DNA of 64,000 bases from the IMG/VR virus record IMGVR_UViG_3300047318_000482, positions 26,526 to 90,525 of that record, one strand, 5' to 3'. Below are positions 53,753 to 62,789 of the stretch, piece by piece. A program made the translations under genes and the position numbers. Each line of letters begins with the position of its first letter. Position 1 is the first letter of the stretch. The notes beneath the pieces are model-generated. The model saw only the letters and a program-made list of their open reading frames with translations. It was not told the DNA's origin and did no database searches. The DNA comes from a virus.

Positions 53753-54684
53753 CTGGCAAGACCGAAGCCCGGGGACTCCTCCTGGACCTGATCGGCGCAG
53801 CCGACGCGGCGAACCGGGGAACCACCCCCGAGCAGGCCGTCGACGACGCCATAAGCGAAGCGATCCTCAACCAGCCCGCGCTGCGTACCTGCCTCGTTCC
53901 CGGCTGCCTTCGCCAGTACGACGCCGTCACCACCATGACCGGGGAGACCCCGTCGCGGCCCGAATGGTCCGGGAAGGGATGGGCCACCCTCGGCTCCGGC
54001 AGCATCTTCCCGGCAGGCGGCCACATCTGCCCCGACCACAGGCAGCTCGTCACCGACCACTTCCCCCGCCGCCTGAAGCTGCCCAGCGACCGCTGGAGCG
54101 TCGACTGCGCGTGCGGCTGGACACCGGCGCCGCAGACCTGGCACGGCGTGCTCCGCGCCTTGTGGGAGCAGCATCTCCTCACCGTGGACGGGAAGCTGCC
54201 GCCAGCCCCGCCGGTCACCGACCCCGAGCACCGGATCCCCCTGGCCGAGCACACCGACGCCACCCTGGCCGAGCTGTACGACCGGCTGTGGGACGCCGAA
54301 GCCGACTACGAGGATCTTCGAGACTTCGCCCGGTCCTGCTTCCTCATCTACACGATCGCCGTCCCCGCCCTCCTGGGAGTGAAGACGTCCCTCGAGGCCC
54401 TCCGCACCCGCATCACCCTCGACTCCCGCGACTGGACCGACGACAAGGTCGACGCCCTGCTCTACGCCGTCCTCGTCGGAGTGAACTGCGAGATCGAAGC
54501 ACCCGAGCACGTCCACAACGACATCGACTGCGCCGGCGACCAAGGCCTGTGGGACCTCGCGAAGCAGCACAAGATCCCCACCGACCAGGCCATCCAGGCA
54601 GGCCACTACCGCTGGTGGATCGCCAACGCCATCAAGGCCGCCAAGCAGATCGAGGACGCCAACAAGCCGGAGGCCCAGCGATGA
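53749..54684 (+). CDS. Hypothetical protein
   Basis: GTGA overlap; CLVPGC, CPDH and CACGW motifs. Confidence 0.6.
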   Translation: MTGKTEARGLLLDLIGAADAANRGTTPEQAVDDAISEAILNQPALRTCLVPGCLRQYDAVTTMTGETPSRPEWSGKGWATLGSGSIFPAGGHICPDHRQLVTDHFPRRLKLPSDRWSVDCACGWTPAPQTWHGVLRALWEQHLLTVDGKLPPAPPVTDPEHRIPLAEHTDATLAELYDRLWDAEADYEDLRDFARSCFLIYTIAVPALLGVKTSLEALRTRITLDSRDWTDDKVDALLYAVLVGVNCEIEAPEHVHNDIDCAGDQGLWDLAKQHKIPTDQAIQAGHYRWWIANAIKAAKQIEDANKPEAQR

Positions 54685-55259
54685 CCTACCCCGACGGTGT
54701 GATCAGCGCGCAGGACATGCAGAACGTCACGATCTCGGCAACCACCGTGCAGGCGTCCGGCATCAGCATCCCGGCATCGAACGGCCGGCCCCTCGTCACC
54801 ATCCGCCCGGACGGCACCCTGGAGTTCGGGAAGGACTACCAGCCCGACGAGGCAGCACGCGCCTTCTGGGAGGCCGTACAGCGCCTCGCGCCCACCGGGA
54901 TGGAGCAGGAGTACGGCAAGCCGCTCACCGCCCGTATCAACGCCGAGCTGGCCGCCGGGGAGAGGGCGCAGAAGCGGCTGGAGGCTGTGACGGAGGCGGT
55001 CGTCCTGTGGCGGGACCGCCCGGGCGGTGAAGTCGGCCTGGCCATCTCCCTCGCCAGCATCCTCGACACGACCGAGCCGGAGCCGCCGGCCGCGACAGCC
55101 CTCGTGCGGGTCCTCAAGGAGTGCGACCGCATCGAGCGCGCGGTGAAGGGCAACCCGACCGATCCGGACTTCGACAGCGCGTACCTGGCCTGCCTGCGCC
55201 ACATTCGCCAGGCCGCCGGTGTCCTGCCCGCCGACGGGGACGACCAGCCCGCCGGATAG
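54681..55259 (+). CDS. Hypothetical protein
   Basis: ATGA overlap; GGAGG RBS. Confidence 0.6.
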   Translation: MTYPDGVISAQDMQNVTISATTVQASGISIPASNGRPLVTIRPDGTLEFGKDYQPDEAARAFWEAVQRLAPTGMEQEYGKPLTARINAELAAGERAQKRLEAVTEAVVLWRDRPGGEVGLAISLASILDTTEPEPPAATALVRVLKECDRIERAVKGNPTDPDFDSAYLACLRHIRQAAGVLPADGDDQPAG

Positions 55260-55262
55260 CCG

Positions 55263-56336
55263 TCAGGCCGCCGACACTGCGCTCTTGTCCTGCCCGTCGA
55301 CGGGGGCGCTGTCGTCGAACCGGTAGTCCGGCGACAGGGCGAACTTGCAGCCCAACTGCGCCGGGGACACCGCCCCGAACTTCCCCTTCAGAGTTTCGAT
55401 GTGCTTCGTCAGTGTCCGCTGGCTGATCCCCAACCGGGCCGCGGTCGTACGCTGCTGGATGCCGTCGACCATGTCCCGCAGGATCGCCCGCTCCAACGGC
55501 GTCGTCCGTACCCGGGGACCCGAGCCCGCCACAGTGTCCACACACCAGTCCCCGGACCCGGACGGCATCTCCTGGACGTCGGACACGGTCCGCGGTTCTC
55601 CCGACCACGGCTGGGCGAGCTGCCAGGCGTTCATGAACGCGCCCACGATGAACCCGATCGCCGCCGGGTCCGTCACATGCCAGGCCGCGTGCGGCGGCGA
55701 CCCGGCCACCGCATAGTCGGAGACGAAGGCGTGCCGGCGGTCGATGACGATGGCCCGCTCGTAGGGGGCGACCAGCGTCCGGTACTCGGCGCCGTGCCCG
55801 GACATCGTCTTGATGTGGCCGGCCATCGCCGTCGACTGGCGGACGGAGTCCCGGTACAGGGTCCGCAGACACACTCCCCGCTCGAGGGCTGCCCGGTCGC
55901 GGTCCACGGACCGTTCCAACTGCGGCCGGGTACGGGGCCCGCCCGGCTGCGCGGCGAGGATCTCGGTACGCGCGGAGTTGAGCAGGTCATCGAGGCGGGT
56001 GTTCACCACGGCGGCGTCGTCGATGTACTCGCTGCTGCCGCCCGCGCGGAGCTGCGCACGGTCGTACTCGGACGACAGTTGCTCCGACATGGCGCGCAGA
56101 CCGCGCATTCTCGCGACGCGTTCCGCGGCCTCGGCCAGCAAAGCCTCGAGACTTCTCTGCGCGATGTCTTCCGGGTTCAACGCGACCGGTGTTCCACCCG
56201 TCGGGTCGATCTTCACGAATCCCCACTCGGCCAACTCGGCCAGGGACTCCACACACTCTTCCGGTATCGGCTCGCCGCCCGCTATCAGGCCAAACGCTCG
56301 CACCGCGTCCGCGGACAACAACTCTCCATCACCCAT
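55263..56336 (-). CDS. TrmB-like / PLD-like sensor domain / LuxR-HTH transcriptional regulator
   Basis: L.EL..WGFV...A..PE (wHTH), EILAAQPGG, RGVCLRTLY, IVIDRRHAF, F...W..A.PW; C-terminal T.LER.IL..M.DG.....A.RLGIS.RT..KH. Confidence 0.8.
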   Translation of the reverse strand: MGDGELLSADAVRAFGLIAGGEPIPEECVESLAELAEWGFVKIDPTGGTPVALNPEDIAQRSLEALLAEAAERVARMRGLRAMSEQLSSEYDRAQLRAGGSSEYIDDAAVVNTRLDDLLNSARTEILAAQPGGPRTRPQLERSVDRDRAALERGVCLRTLYRDSVRQSTAMAGHIKTMSGHGAEYRTLVAPYERAIVIDRRHAFVSDYAVAGSPPHAAWHVTDPAAIGFIVGAFMNAWQLAQPWSGEPRTVSDVQEMPSGSGDWCVDTVAGSGPRVRTTPLERAILRDMVDGIQQRTTAARLGISQRTLTKHIETLKGKFGAVSPAQLGCKFALSPDYRFDDSAPVDGQDKSAVSAA

Positions 56337-56625
56337 TTCGGAATGTGTGGCCAAAGGTTCAGGGACCCGGCCAGGACAAAACCAGACCCTGCGTATACGC
56401 GCAATGCGTAGAGACGCAACGCACAACAGTTGAGGGGGAAAATCCTGTACGGCAGTTTAGTAGCGGGGCGTCCCCCGGCGCCCGTACTCCACGTCCTCCC
56501 CGCACAAAACGCGTCTACTGCCAGGAACACGCGTCGCAGGCAACGGGATCGCAGCGGACCAGAGCACGGGAACACCGGGACGACGCCCCGCTAACGTCCC
56601 CCGAACACTGGACGAAGGGACCCGC

Positions 56626-56817
56626 GTGAACAACCTCCGCGGCATCGCCGCCAGCCTCGCCATCACCGCAACCATCATCACCGGAATCAGCCTCAACATC
56701 GACATCAGCCCCCAAATGGACACCACCTGGGGCGCACCCGACACCCGGGACGTCCCGGCCGTCGACCTTCCCGTCGACCTGCCGCCCGTCACCCCCCTCG
56801 ACACCACCTGGGGCTGA
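56626..56817 (+). CDS. Secreted propeptide with duplicated DTTWG core (candidate signalling peptide)
   Basis: GAAGGGA RBS 5 nt before GTG; signal-like N-terminus; DTTWG internal and C-terminal. Confidence 0.75.
   Translation: MNNLRGIAASLAITATIITGISLNIDISPQMDTTWGAPDTRDVPAVDLPVDLPPVTPLDTTWG
56719..56814 (+). repeat. Exact 15-bp direct repeat GACACCACCTGGGGC (56719-56733, 56800-56814)
   Basis: Read directly from sequence. Confidence 0.9.
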
Positions 56818-56836
56818 CCGGCCCGCCCACCGAGCC

Positions 56837-56870
56837 GGCCCGGCAGCGCACCCCCAGTGCCTGCCGGGCC
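56837..56870 (+). terminator. Hairpin after the peptide gene
   Basis: GGCCCGGCAG...CTGCCGGGCC. Confidence 0.55.
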
Positions 56871-56920
56871 TCGCCCACACCCGGGGGAACATCCCGCCGA
56901 TTCTGCGGCAGCGTGGACCC

Positions 56921-57496
56921 ATGGCCCTTCCCGAACCGCCATCCGCTGATCCGCCCCCGGAAACGCTGCTCCTGTCCGGCAGTACGTGGCGCTACATCCT
57001 CGGCACGCCCCGCCATACCAAGCTGAACGCCTGGCTGACGGCCAACGGGATCGACCCGGCGGATACCCCGGTCGTCACCGACCTGAAGGTCGTACATGCT
57101 CCGGACGGACCCGTCATCGACCACCACGTCCTGCTCCGGAACGCTGCCGGCCACCTCTACTTCGACGCCAGCGCCGGTGAAGCGGCCATGGAACACCGGA
57201 TCACCCCGTGCACCGTCCTCCCTCCCCGCCCCAGGCGATCCGACATCCCCACCCGGGCTCTCCTCCAATGCATTGCCGACCGCACTGCCCTTCGCCGATC
57301 AGTCCCCCTCCTGGACAGTCTGAAGATCCCCAGAGCCTGGGACATCCTCTGCACCATCCACCCGGAGAAAGTCGTCGGCGCAGCATTCGACCGAGAGGAA
57401 GACCGCGGCTACCTGGACTGCGGCGTGAACATCACCTACGCCTTCCTCACCCCCGAAGGCGAAGCCCGACTCGCCGAGCTCGGAGGACAGCCGTGA
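56921..57496 (+). CDS. Hypothetical protein
   Basis: WL.ANGIDP motif; C-terminal winged-helix-like LT..G. Confidence 0.6.
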   Translation: MALPEPPSADPPPETLLLSGSTWRYILGTPRHTKLNAWLTANGIDPADTPVVTDLKVVHAPDGPVIDHHVLLRNAAGHLYFDASAGEAAMEHRITPCTVLPPRPRRSDIPTRALLQCIADRTALRRSVPLLDSLKIPRAWDILCTIHPEKVVGAAFDREEDRGYLDCGVNITYAFLTPEGEARLAELGGQP

Positions 57497-57500
57497 ACGG

Positions 57501-57827
57501 ATGGATCCCGGCGTGAGTGACGATCCCTGGGTCCCCGACCGCGGCCCCGTCGACGGAAGCCCCCACACCTGCATGTACCAGGCCAACCCCGAACCAGGCT
57601 GCGGCGCCCCCGGCACCTGGCACATCGCCTGGGACGAGGCCCGCCAGTCCATCACCTGCGATCCCCACATGACCGTCGTGCAGCAGCGGTGGTTGTACCT
57701 GGACCGGCACCCGCTCAGCCCCGACTGCGGCATGCCCGGCGCCGTATGGCTCCCCGACCGCTGCCAAGTCCCGGGAGCGGCACAGGAAGTCCTCGAGGCT
57801 GTCGAGCTGCCCACCGCAGTCGCCTGA
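57501..57827 (+). CDS. Hypothetical Cys/His-rich protein
   Basis: CGAP.TWH, CDPH and CGMPG motifs. Confidence 0.55.
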   Translation: MDPGVSDDPWVPDRGPVDGSPHTCMYQANPEPGCGAPGTWHIAWDEARQSITCDPHMTVVQQRWLYLDRHPLSPDCGMPGAVWLPDRCQVPGAAQEVLEAVELPTAVA

Positions 57828-57997
57828 ACCCGCCCCAATTGTCGGTGGGGCGTGCCAGACTCCGTGGAGCGCTGAGGCCGTGGACGTCCCCCGTGGCGGC
57901 ACCAGCCAGCACGCTCCGGGCCGGGTCAGCGATCCGGCCCGGACACTCTTGTGGCCCGGCTCTCTGGGGAGACCGGGCCACAGGCATGCGGTGGCAC

Positions 57998-58037
57998 AAA
58001 AAAAGGGGGCCCGCCGCTCCGAAGAACGACGGGCCCC
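57998..58037 (-). terminator. Rho-independent terminator for the leftward operon
   Basis: GC-rich stem next to A7 (U7 on minus strand). Confidence 0.7.
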
Positions 58038-58076
58038 ACTTCCGGGCGCCCCCCATGTGGACGATCACCGTACGCC

Positions 58077-58727
58077 TCAATGCCGGTACGGCGGAAGTAC
58101 CTGATCCACCCGCCGGGCCAGCTCCCGCTTCGCCGCCCGGTTCCGGCCCGTCGGCGCCGCCTTCAGCACCGGGACCAGCGTCTCGGCCGCCAGGACGTGC
58201 ACCGGGCCCGACCGGCCCGCCACCCCCACCTGAAGCCGGCCACCCGCCACCGTCGAGCCGTGGATGACGAGGACCGGCCATACCGCGCCCTCCGGCAGCC
58301 CCAGCAGGCGGGCCACTGTCCCCGCGTACCGGGCGACCTTCTCCGCCTCCCCATGCCGGTCCTCCGACTCGCAGTACAACCGCCCCGACACCACCTGGGT
58401 CGGCCACGACCGCCGCCACGCCTTCGTGTCGAACAGGACGACGTTCTCTCCGTCCGGGGACACCCCCACATGGTCCGCGTTCGCGCGCCCGTGCCCAGGT
58501 AATCGCCGGTCGTGCAGGATCCGCCACCCCCGCCAGCGCAGCCCGCGCAGCAGCCGGGCCGTGTCCCGTTCCGCGGCCGCGCCACGCTCCCAGCGGGCCG
58601 CCACAGCGTCCGCGCGCACCGCGTCCGGGTTCATCCCCGCCCACGCGCTGACACGCCGCCACACACCCCGCCGGGCCCGCGCACGGATCGCCGCAGCCTC
58701 CCGCGCCGCCGACCTGCCCGCGCTCAC
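58077..58727 (-). CDS. NERD-domain nuclease
   Basis: GAAAE, LHDRRLP, NADHV.V.P, DTK.W motifs. Confidence 0.8.
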   Translation of the reverse strand: MSAGRSAAREAAAIRARARRGVWRRVSAWAGMNPDAVRADAVAARWERGAAAERDTARLLRGLRWRGWRILHDRRLPGHGRANADHVGVSPDGENVVLFDTKAWRRSWPTQVVSGRLYCESEDRHGEAEKVARYAGTVARLLGLPEGAVWPVLVIHGSTVAGGRLQVGVAGRSGPVHVLAAETLVPVLKAAPTGRNRAAKRELARRVDQVLPPYRH

Positions 58728-59218
58728 CGGGACGCCTCCCGCCACCAGCGCAGCCCTTCCGGCTCCTCACGCTCGAGGTCCCCGTCACACGTGGCCAGGT
58801 ACCGGGAGTAGGCGGCCACACGGTCCGCGGCGTACTCCCGCTGCGGCGTCGTCATCTTCTTCGTCGTCCACCACCAGTTGCCCTCGAGCCAGACCGTGTG
58901 CCAGGCCCCGTTCTCCGGTGTGTCCCCGGCCTCGTCGCTGGCCTCAGAATCGTGCGCAAGGATCAGCTCGTACTTCGGCTGCCACTTCAGGCAGGCCGCG
59001 CACGTCACCTCCGTGCCCTCCGGCAGCGGACCCTGCTGCATCGACTCTCCGCAGATCCCCGGCCCGGTCGCCCACGCCTCGAACGTGGGCAGCCACGTGT
59101 ACAGGGCGAGGTGCACGCCGTCCGGGTCGTCGGAGATGACCGTGGCGCGCACCGGGCGCAGGTAGCGGCGGGACCGGTCCAGGCCCTGCTCGTCTCCGAG
59201 ATGCACGTCGACGCTCAC
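58724..59218 (-). CDS. Hypothetical protein
   Basis: GTGA-coupled; H...CG...VTC..C. Confidence 0.6.
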   Translation of the reverse strand: MSVDVHLGDEQGLDRSRRYLRPVRATVISDDPDGVHLALYTWLPTFEAWATGPGICGESMQQGPLPEGTEVTCAACLKWQPKYELILAHDSEASDEAGDTPENGAWHTVWLEGNWWWTTKKMTTPQREYAADRVAAYSRYLATCDGDLEREEPEGLRWWREASR

Positions 59219-59352
59219 CGGCTCTCCTCCAGTTCCTCGACTCGGGCGTCCGTCTCCAGGAGAGACGGCAGGCGAGCTGCGGCGCGCCGGCAGAGGATGC
59301 CGAACCGCACCACGGCGGCGACAGCTACGACAGCAAGGAAGATCCACAGCAT
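59215..59352 (-). CDS. 45-aa membrane microprotein (not in the ORF track)
   Basis: MLWIFLAVVAVAAVVRFG...; AAGGAG RBS; 4-nt overlap. Confidence 0.55.
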   Translation of the reverse strand: MLWIFLAVVAVAAVVRFGILCRRAAARLPSLLETDARVEELEESR

Positions 59353-59417
59353 GTGCTGCTCCTTCAGTGGGGTGGCCCATCCGGGCGGTGATCGGCGTTG
59401 CCCGCCGACGACGATGT

Positions 59418-59789
59418 CTAAGATGTCCAGTTTCTCGCGGGCCGTTCGGCCCGATCAGCAGACCGGCGAGGCGTCAGACCACCCCGCTCGTCCACGTACT
59501 GGCCTCGAGGAGCCCGCAGCTCCACCTCGTCCGGGCGGATCAGACCGCGAACCAGCGCGATGGCCACCGCGTTCGCCCGGTCCCTCGCCCCCAGACGCCG
59601 GTAGATCTCCCGCCAGTAGTCGTTCACCGTGTGCGGGCTGAGGAACAACGCCTCAGCAATCTCCGGCGTGCTGTGCCCGTTCGCTGCGAGCCGCAGGAGC
59701 TGCAGGTGCTGGGGGAAGAGGTGGAGCGCTGACGGGACGGGCCCGCCACCCGAAGGCGACGGACCCACCTGCTGCACGGGGGCGGTCAC
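59418..59789 (-). CDS. Stand-alone LuxR-type HTH regulator
   Basis: L.L.ANG.S..EIA..LFLS..TV......IY.RLGARDRA.AV. Confidence 0.8.
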   Translation of the reverse strand: MTAPVQQVGPSPSGGGPVPSALHLFPQHLQLLRLAANGHSTPEIAEALFLSPHTVNDYWREIYRRLGARDRANAVAIALVRGLIRPDEVELRAPRGQYVDERGGLTPRRSADRAERPARNWTS

Positions 59790-60298
59790 AGGTGGCCGCC
59801 GTGGGTGCCGTAGCCGTCGAGCAGCTCGTGCAGCCACTTGTACTCGTGGCTGGTCGCCCAGTCCCGCACGCTCTTCACCTGCTCCCGCAGCTTGGCAACT
59901 TCCTTGTCCTGGCGCTCCCTCTCCCAGGCCTCCGTGTTGGTCTTGGACTCCTCGGCCATCTGCTGGCCGTCGTCAACCCACTGCTGGAGTTCGGACAGAT
60001 CCTTGGCGACGTTCCGCTCGAGCCAGTCCGTGTGCTCCTCCGGGTCCGGGCCCTCCTCGAACGGCCCCTGGAACCAGTCGGTGACCTCCTGCGCCCGATC
60101 CGGGGCGACCTCGCCCAGGGCGTGCAGGGCGCGGGCGAACCCGGCGGCCATCGAGCCGGCGACGGCCTGCCAGCCCATGGCGGCCGGGTGCTTGGGGAGC
60201 GGGGAGACGCAGGTACGGGTGTGAAGTTCACCGAGGTCGTGAAGGAGTTGCTCGGTGGTCTGCGGCGTCTCGGTGACGGTTTCGGGTGTGGCGGTCAT
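59786..60298 (-). CDS. Hypothetical protein
   Basis: GAGGAGG RBS. Confidence 0.6.
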   Translation of the reverse strand: MTATPETVTETPQTTEQLLHDLGELHTRTCVSPLPKHPAAMGWQAVAGSMAAGFARALHALGEVAPDRAQEVTDWFQGPFEEGPDPEEHTDWLERNVAKDLSELQQWVDDGQQMAEESKTNTEAWERERQDKEVAKLREQVKSVRDWATSHEYKWLHELLDGYGTHGGHL

Positions 60299-60312
60299 GC
60301 GGTGGTACCTCC

Positions 60313-60867
60313 TCATGCGGTCGGCAGGTAGAAGACGTGCACGGCCTGGTCGTCGCCCTCGGCCGCGGGATTCATGAACCAGGTGGACTCGGCGTCCTCG
60401 GGCTGCCACTCGAAGACCACCCACTGGGCAGTCATGTCCTCGCGGTCGAAGTAGTCCGGGTCGAAGCCGAGCGTCGGTCCGTACCCGATGGCCGCCGCGT
60501 AGGCGGTCTCCTTGTCGTCGGTGATGACGACCAAGTCCTCCCCGTCCTCACCGATCGCGAGGACCAGGACGCCGGCATGCTCGTAGAAGCCGTTCATGTC
60601 GTTCGCAACGGGGGTGAACGGGCCCAGCGGCAGGTCAGGCACGGGGACGACCTCGTCCAGGTACGTCAGGCCCTCGTAGTTGGGGCGGACGTGCAGACTG
60701 CGGCGGGCCCCGTCAAGGCGGATCAGAAGCCAGGCGATGGACTCGCCAGGGTCGATGCCGGTGATGATTCCTTGGGCTTGGGGCCCGAAGGGGAGGTCGC
60801 CGTAGCGTGTGTACGACACTCGCCTGCCAGCGTGGGCCTTCGGGTATGCGGTCTGGGTGGTCGTCAT
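60313..60867 (-). CDS. Hypothetical protein
   Basis: GAAAGGA RBS; high GC3. Confidence 0.6.
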   Translation of the reverse strand: MTTTQTAYPKAHAGRRVSYTRYGDLPFGPQAQGIITGIDPGESIAWLLIRLDGARRSLHVRPNYEGLTYLDEVVPVPDLPLGPFTPVANDMNGFYEHAGVLVLAIGEDGEDLVVITDDKETAYAAAIGYGPTLGFDPDYFDREDMTAQWVVFEWQPEDAESTWFMNPAAEGDDQAVHVFYLPTA

Positions 60868-60958
60868 GCGGGGTGGTGTCCTTTCGTGAGGGCGGTGAGG
60901 TGGTGGAGGGCGCGGCCGCCGAGCTGCCAGACAGCCAGCGGCCACAACAGGAACGCGG

Positions 60959-61150
60959 TCACCGATCTCGGTCCGCGTCGAAAACCGATCGGGAAGCGCG
61001 CAGGATCTCCAGCAGGCGCCGGCTCACGTCCCAGCCGAAGCCGTCCTCTCCCCGCTCCAGGTCCTCCAGGAGTTCCGGGATTTCAGACGCTTCGATCTCG
61101 ATGTGGATGCGGTGCTCGCCGACTCGGCGGTTGATGTAGATGCGGTCCAC
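60959..61150 (-). CDS. Small hypothetical protein
   Basis: GAGGAGG RBS before GTG. Confidence 0.55.
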   Translation of the reverse strand: MDRIYINRRVGEHRIHIEIEASEIPELLEDLERGEDGFGWDVSRRLLEILRASRSVFDADRDR

Positions 61151-61161
61151 GAATTGCCTCC

Positions 61162-62583
61162 TCAGGCGGCTTCGTCGGTGGCGGGTTGCCCGGACCGGCA
61201 CGCGTACGGGGAGCAGCCGTCCGGGTCGCCTTCATCGGCGAGCTGGAGACGGGCCGCGTACACCTGGTCGTGGACGGTGCTGGCCTTCCACTCCCGGGCT
61301 TGCCGGGCATCGATCGGCGCTTCGTCCAGAGGCAGGCACGAGGCGTGCAGGAATCGCTGGTGGTTCATGCCGGCGCCGTTGCGGTACTCCTTGTCGAACG
61401 CCACGACTTCCGCCCACGCCTTCGGGTCGGTGTCGCGCAGGCGCCGCCATTCGGCGTTGTTCTTGAACGGGCAGCCCAGGCATGCAGATTTGGCGACGTC
61501 TCCCCAGCCCTTGGCCGTCAGGTAGTCGATGCACTGCTGCCGGGACATTTCCAGCTCGAGCAGCGGATACCGGGACTTGGAGTAGCGGGTGTCGCCGCGG
61601 TTGGAGACACGCCCGATCTCGTCGGTGGAGAACCCGATCCACTGCTCCGCCCACACGCCGGCCGGGGGCTGCCCGACCCGACTTATCGTGCCGGTGCCCT
61701 CACAGACCGAGCATTCGCCGACCACGGTCTCGCCGCGCTTGGCCCGCCACGGTGCGACACGCTCACCCTCGCCCTGGCAGTACCGGCACAGCTTCTCCTC
61801 GCCGACAGCACCGCCAAGGAGGAGACGCACCTGCTCCAGGATCGGCTGGAGCTTGTAGGTCTGGGTGCACTTGCGGTTGAGCATCCCGTAGTCGCGACGG
61901 ATCTCCGTATGCGAGGCGACCGCCACCAGCCCCATGGAACGGCAGCCGTCATGCGGCTCCGGCAGCCGGCCCAGGCCTGCGCGGCGCAGCGCCGCGGCGA
62001 CCTGAGCTGAGGCGAGGATGTCGTCAGGACCGTAGCCGTCTTCCCTCTCCTCCCCAATGCGGGTGAGGTCGTCGAGGGCCTCGAGCGTTGCTCGTCCCGG
62101 AACCATGATGACGGAGTCGAACAGGCCTCCCATGTCGCCCGCATCGAAGGCCAGCGTGGCTACATCGAAGAGGGAGAGCAGTTCGTCGTCTCCGTCAGAG
62201 GCCTTCTTGACCTGCCGGAGCTTCCGCCATCCGCACGCCTCGTCCGGGCAGAGCCCCCATTTGTCGACGATCTCCACCTCGTACGGCTTGGAGGCGGTGA
62301 AGCCGGGGATGCCGCGCATCTTGTCCGGGTTGAGGACGTCGTCCTGGATCACCCCGTTGTTGACGCGGTACAGGGGGATGCCGAGCGGCTTGAAGATCTC
62401 CTCTTCTACACGGTCCAACATCGCGTAGACGGCGGCCGGCTCCCACCCGGTGTCGGAGAAGATCGCCGCATCAGGCTTCTCCAACTTCCCCTCCTGGATC
62501 AGAAGGGCCTGCGTGACGGACTGGACGCCCGCCCCGAATGACATCAGCTTCAGGGCCGGCTTTTCTGCGGGTGGGGTAGCCAT
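61162..62583 (-). CDS. PP-loop / PAPS-reductase-like enzyme with zinc-binding insertions
   Basis: SFGAGVQS, FSDTGWE, RKCT..YK..PI, WIGFSTDE, YPL and KSAC.GCPF motifs. Confidence 0.75.
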   Translation of the reverse strand: MATPPAEKPALKLMSFGAGVQSVTQALLIQEGKLEKPDAAIFSDTGWEPAAVYAMLDRVEEEIFKPLGIPLYRVNNGVIQDDVLNPDKMRGIPGFTASKPYEVEIVDKWGLCPDEACGWRKLRQVKKASDGDDELLSLFDVATLAFDAGDMGGLFDSVIMVPGRATLEALDDLTRIGEEREDGYGPDDILASAQVAAALRRAGLGRLPEPHDGCRSMGLVAVASHTEIRRDYGMLNRKCTQTYKLQPILEQVRLLLGGAVGEEKLCRYCQGEGERVAPWRAKRGETVVGECSVCEGTGTISRVGQPPAGVWAEQWIGFSTDEIGRVSNRGDTRYSKSRYPLLELEMSRQQCIDYLTAKGWGDVAKSACLGCPFKNNAEWRRLRDTDPKAWAEVVAFDKEYRNGAGMNHQRFLHASCLPLDEAPIDARQAREWKASTVHDQVYAARLQLADEGDPDGCSPYACRSGQPATDEAA

Positions 62584-62591
62584 GACACTCC

Positions 62592-62789
62592 TTAGCGGGA
62601 TTCGGCGACGCGTCCGGCGACGGCCAGGAGGCGGGTGACAGTGGATTCGTCGATGCACAGCGCGCCAGCGATCTGGGCGGGGGTGCGGCCGTCGTTGGCG
62701 AGGCCTGCCGCCATCGCAGCCCACGCAGTCGCACGGTCAGCGGGCTGCACATACTCGGAACCGAGGCTGTCGCTCGGGATTGCGTTCAC
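62592..62789 (-). CDS. Small HTH protein
   Basis: GRTPAQIA.AL.IDESTV.RLL. Confidence 0.55.
   Translation of the reverse strand: MNAIPSDSLGSEYVQPADRATAWAAMAAGLANDGRTPAQIAGALCIDESTVTRLLAVAGRVAESR

Noticed and set aside
56626-56817. RiPP precursor with repeated cores
   Set aside because: No modifying enzyme, dedicated peptidase or transporter nearby; the neighbour is a regulator, which fits signalling better
61890-62290. Intein in the PP-loop enzyme
   Set aside because: No C-terminal His-Asn followed by Cys/Ser/Thr and no recognisable splicing blocks
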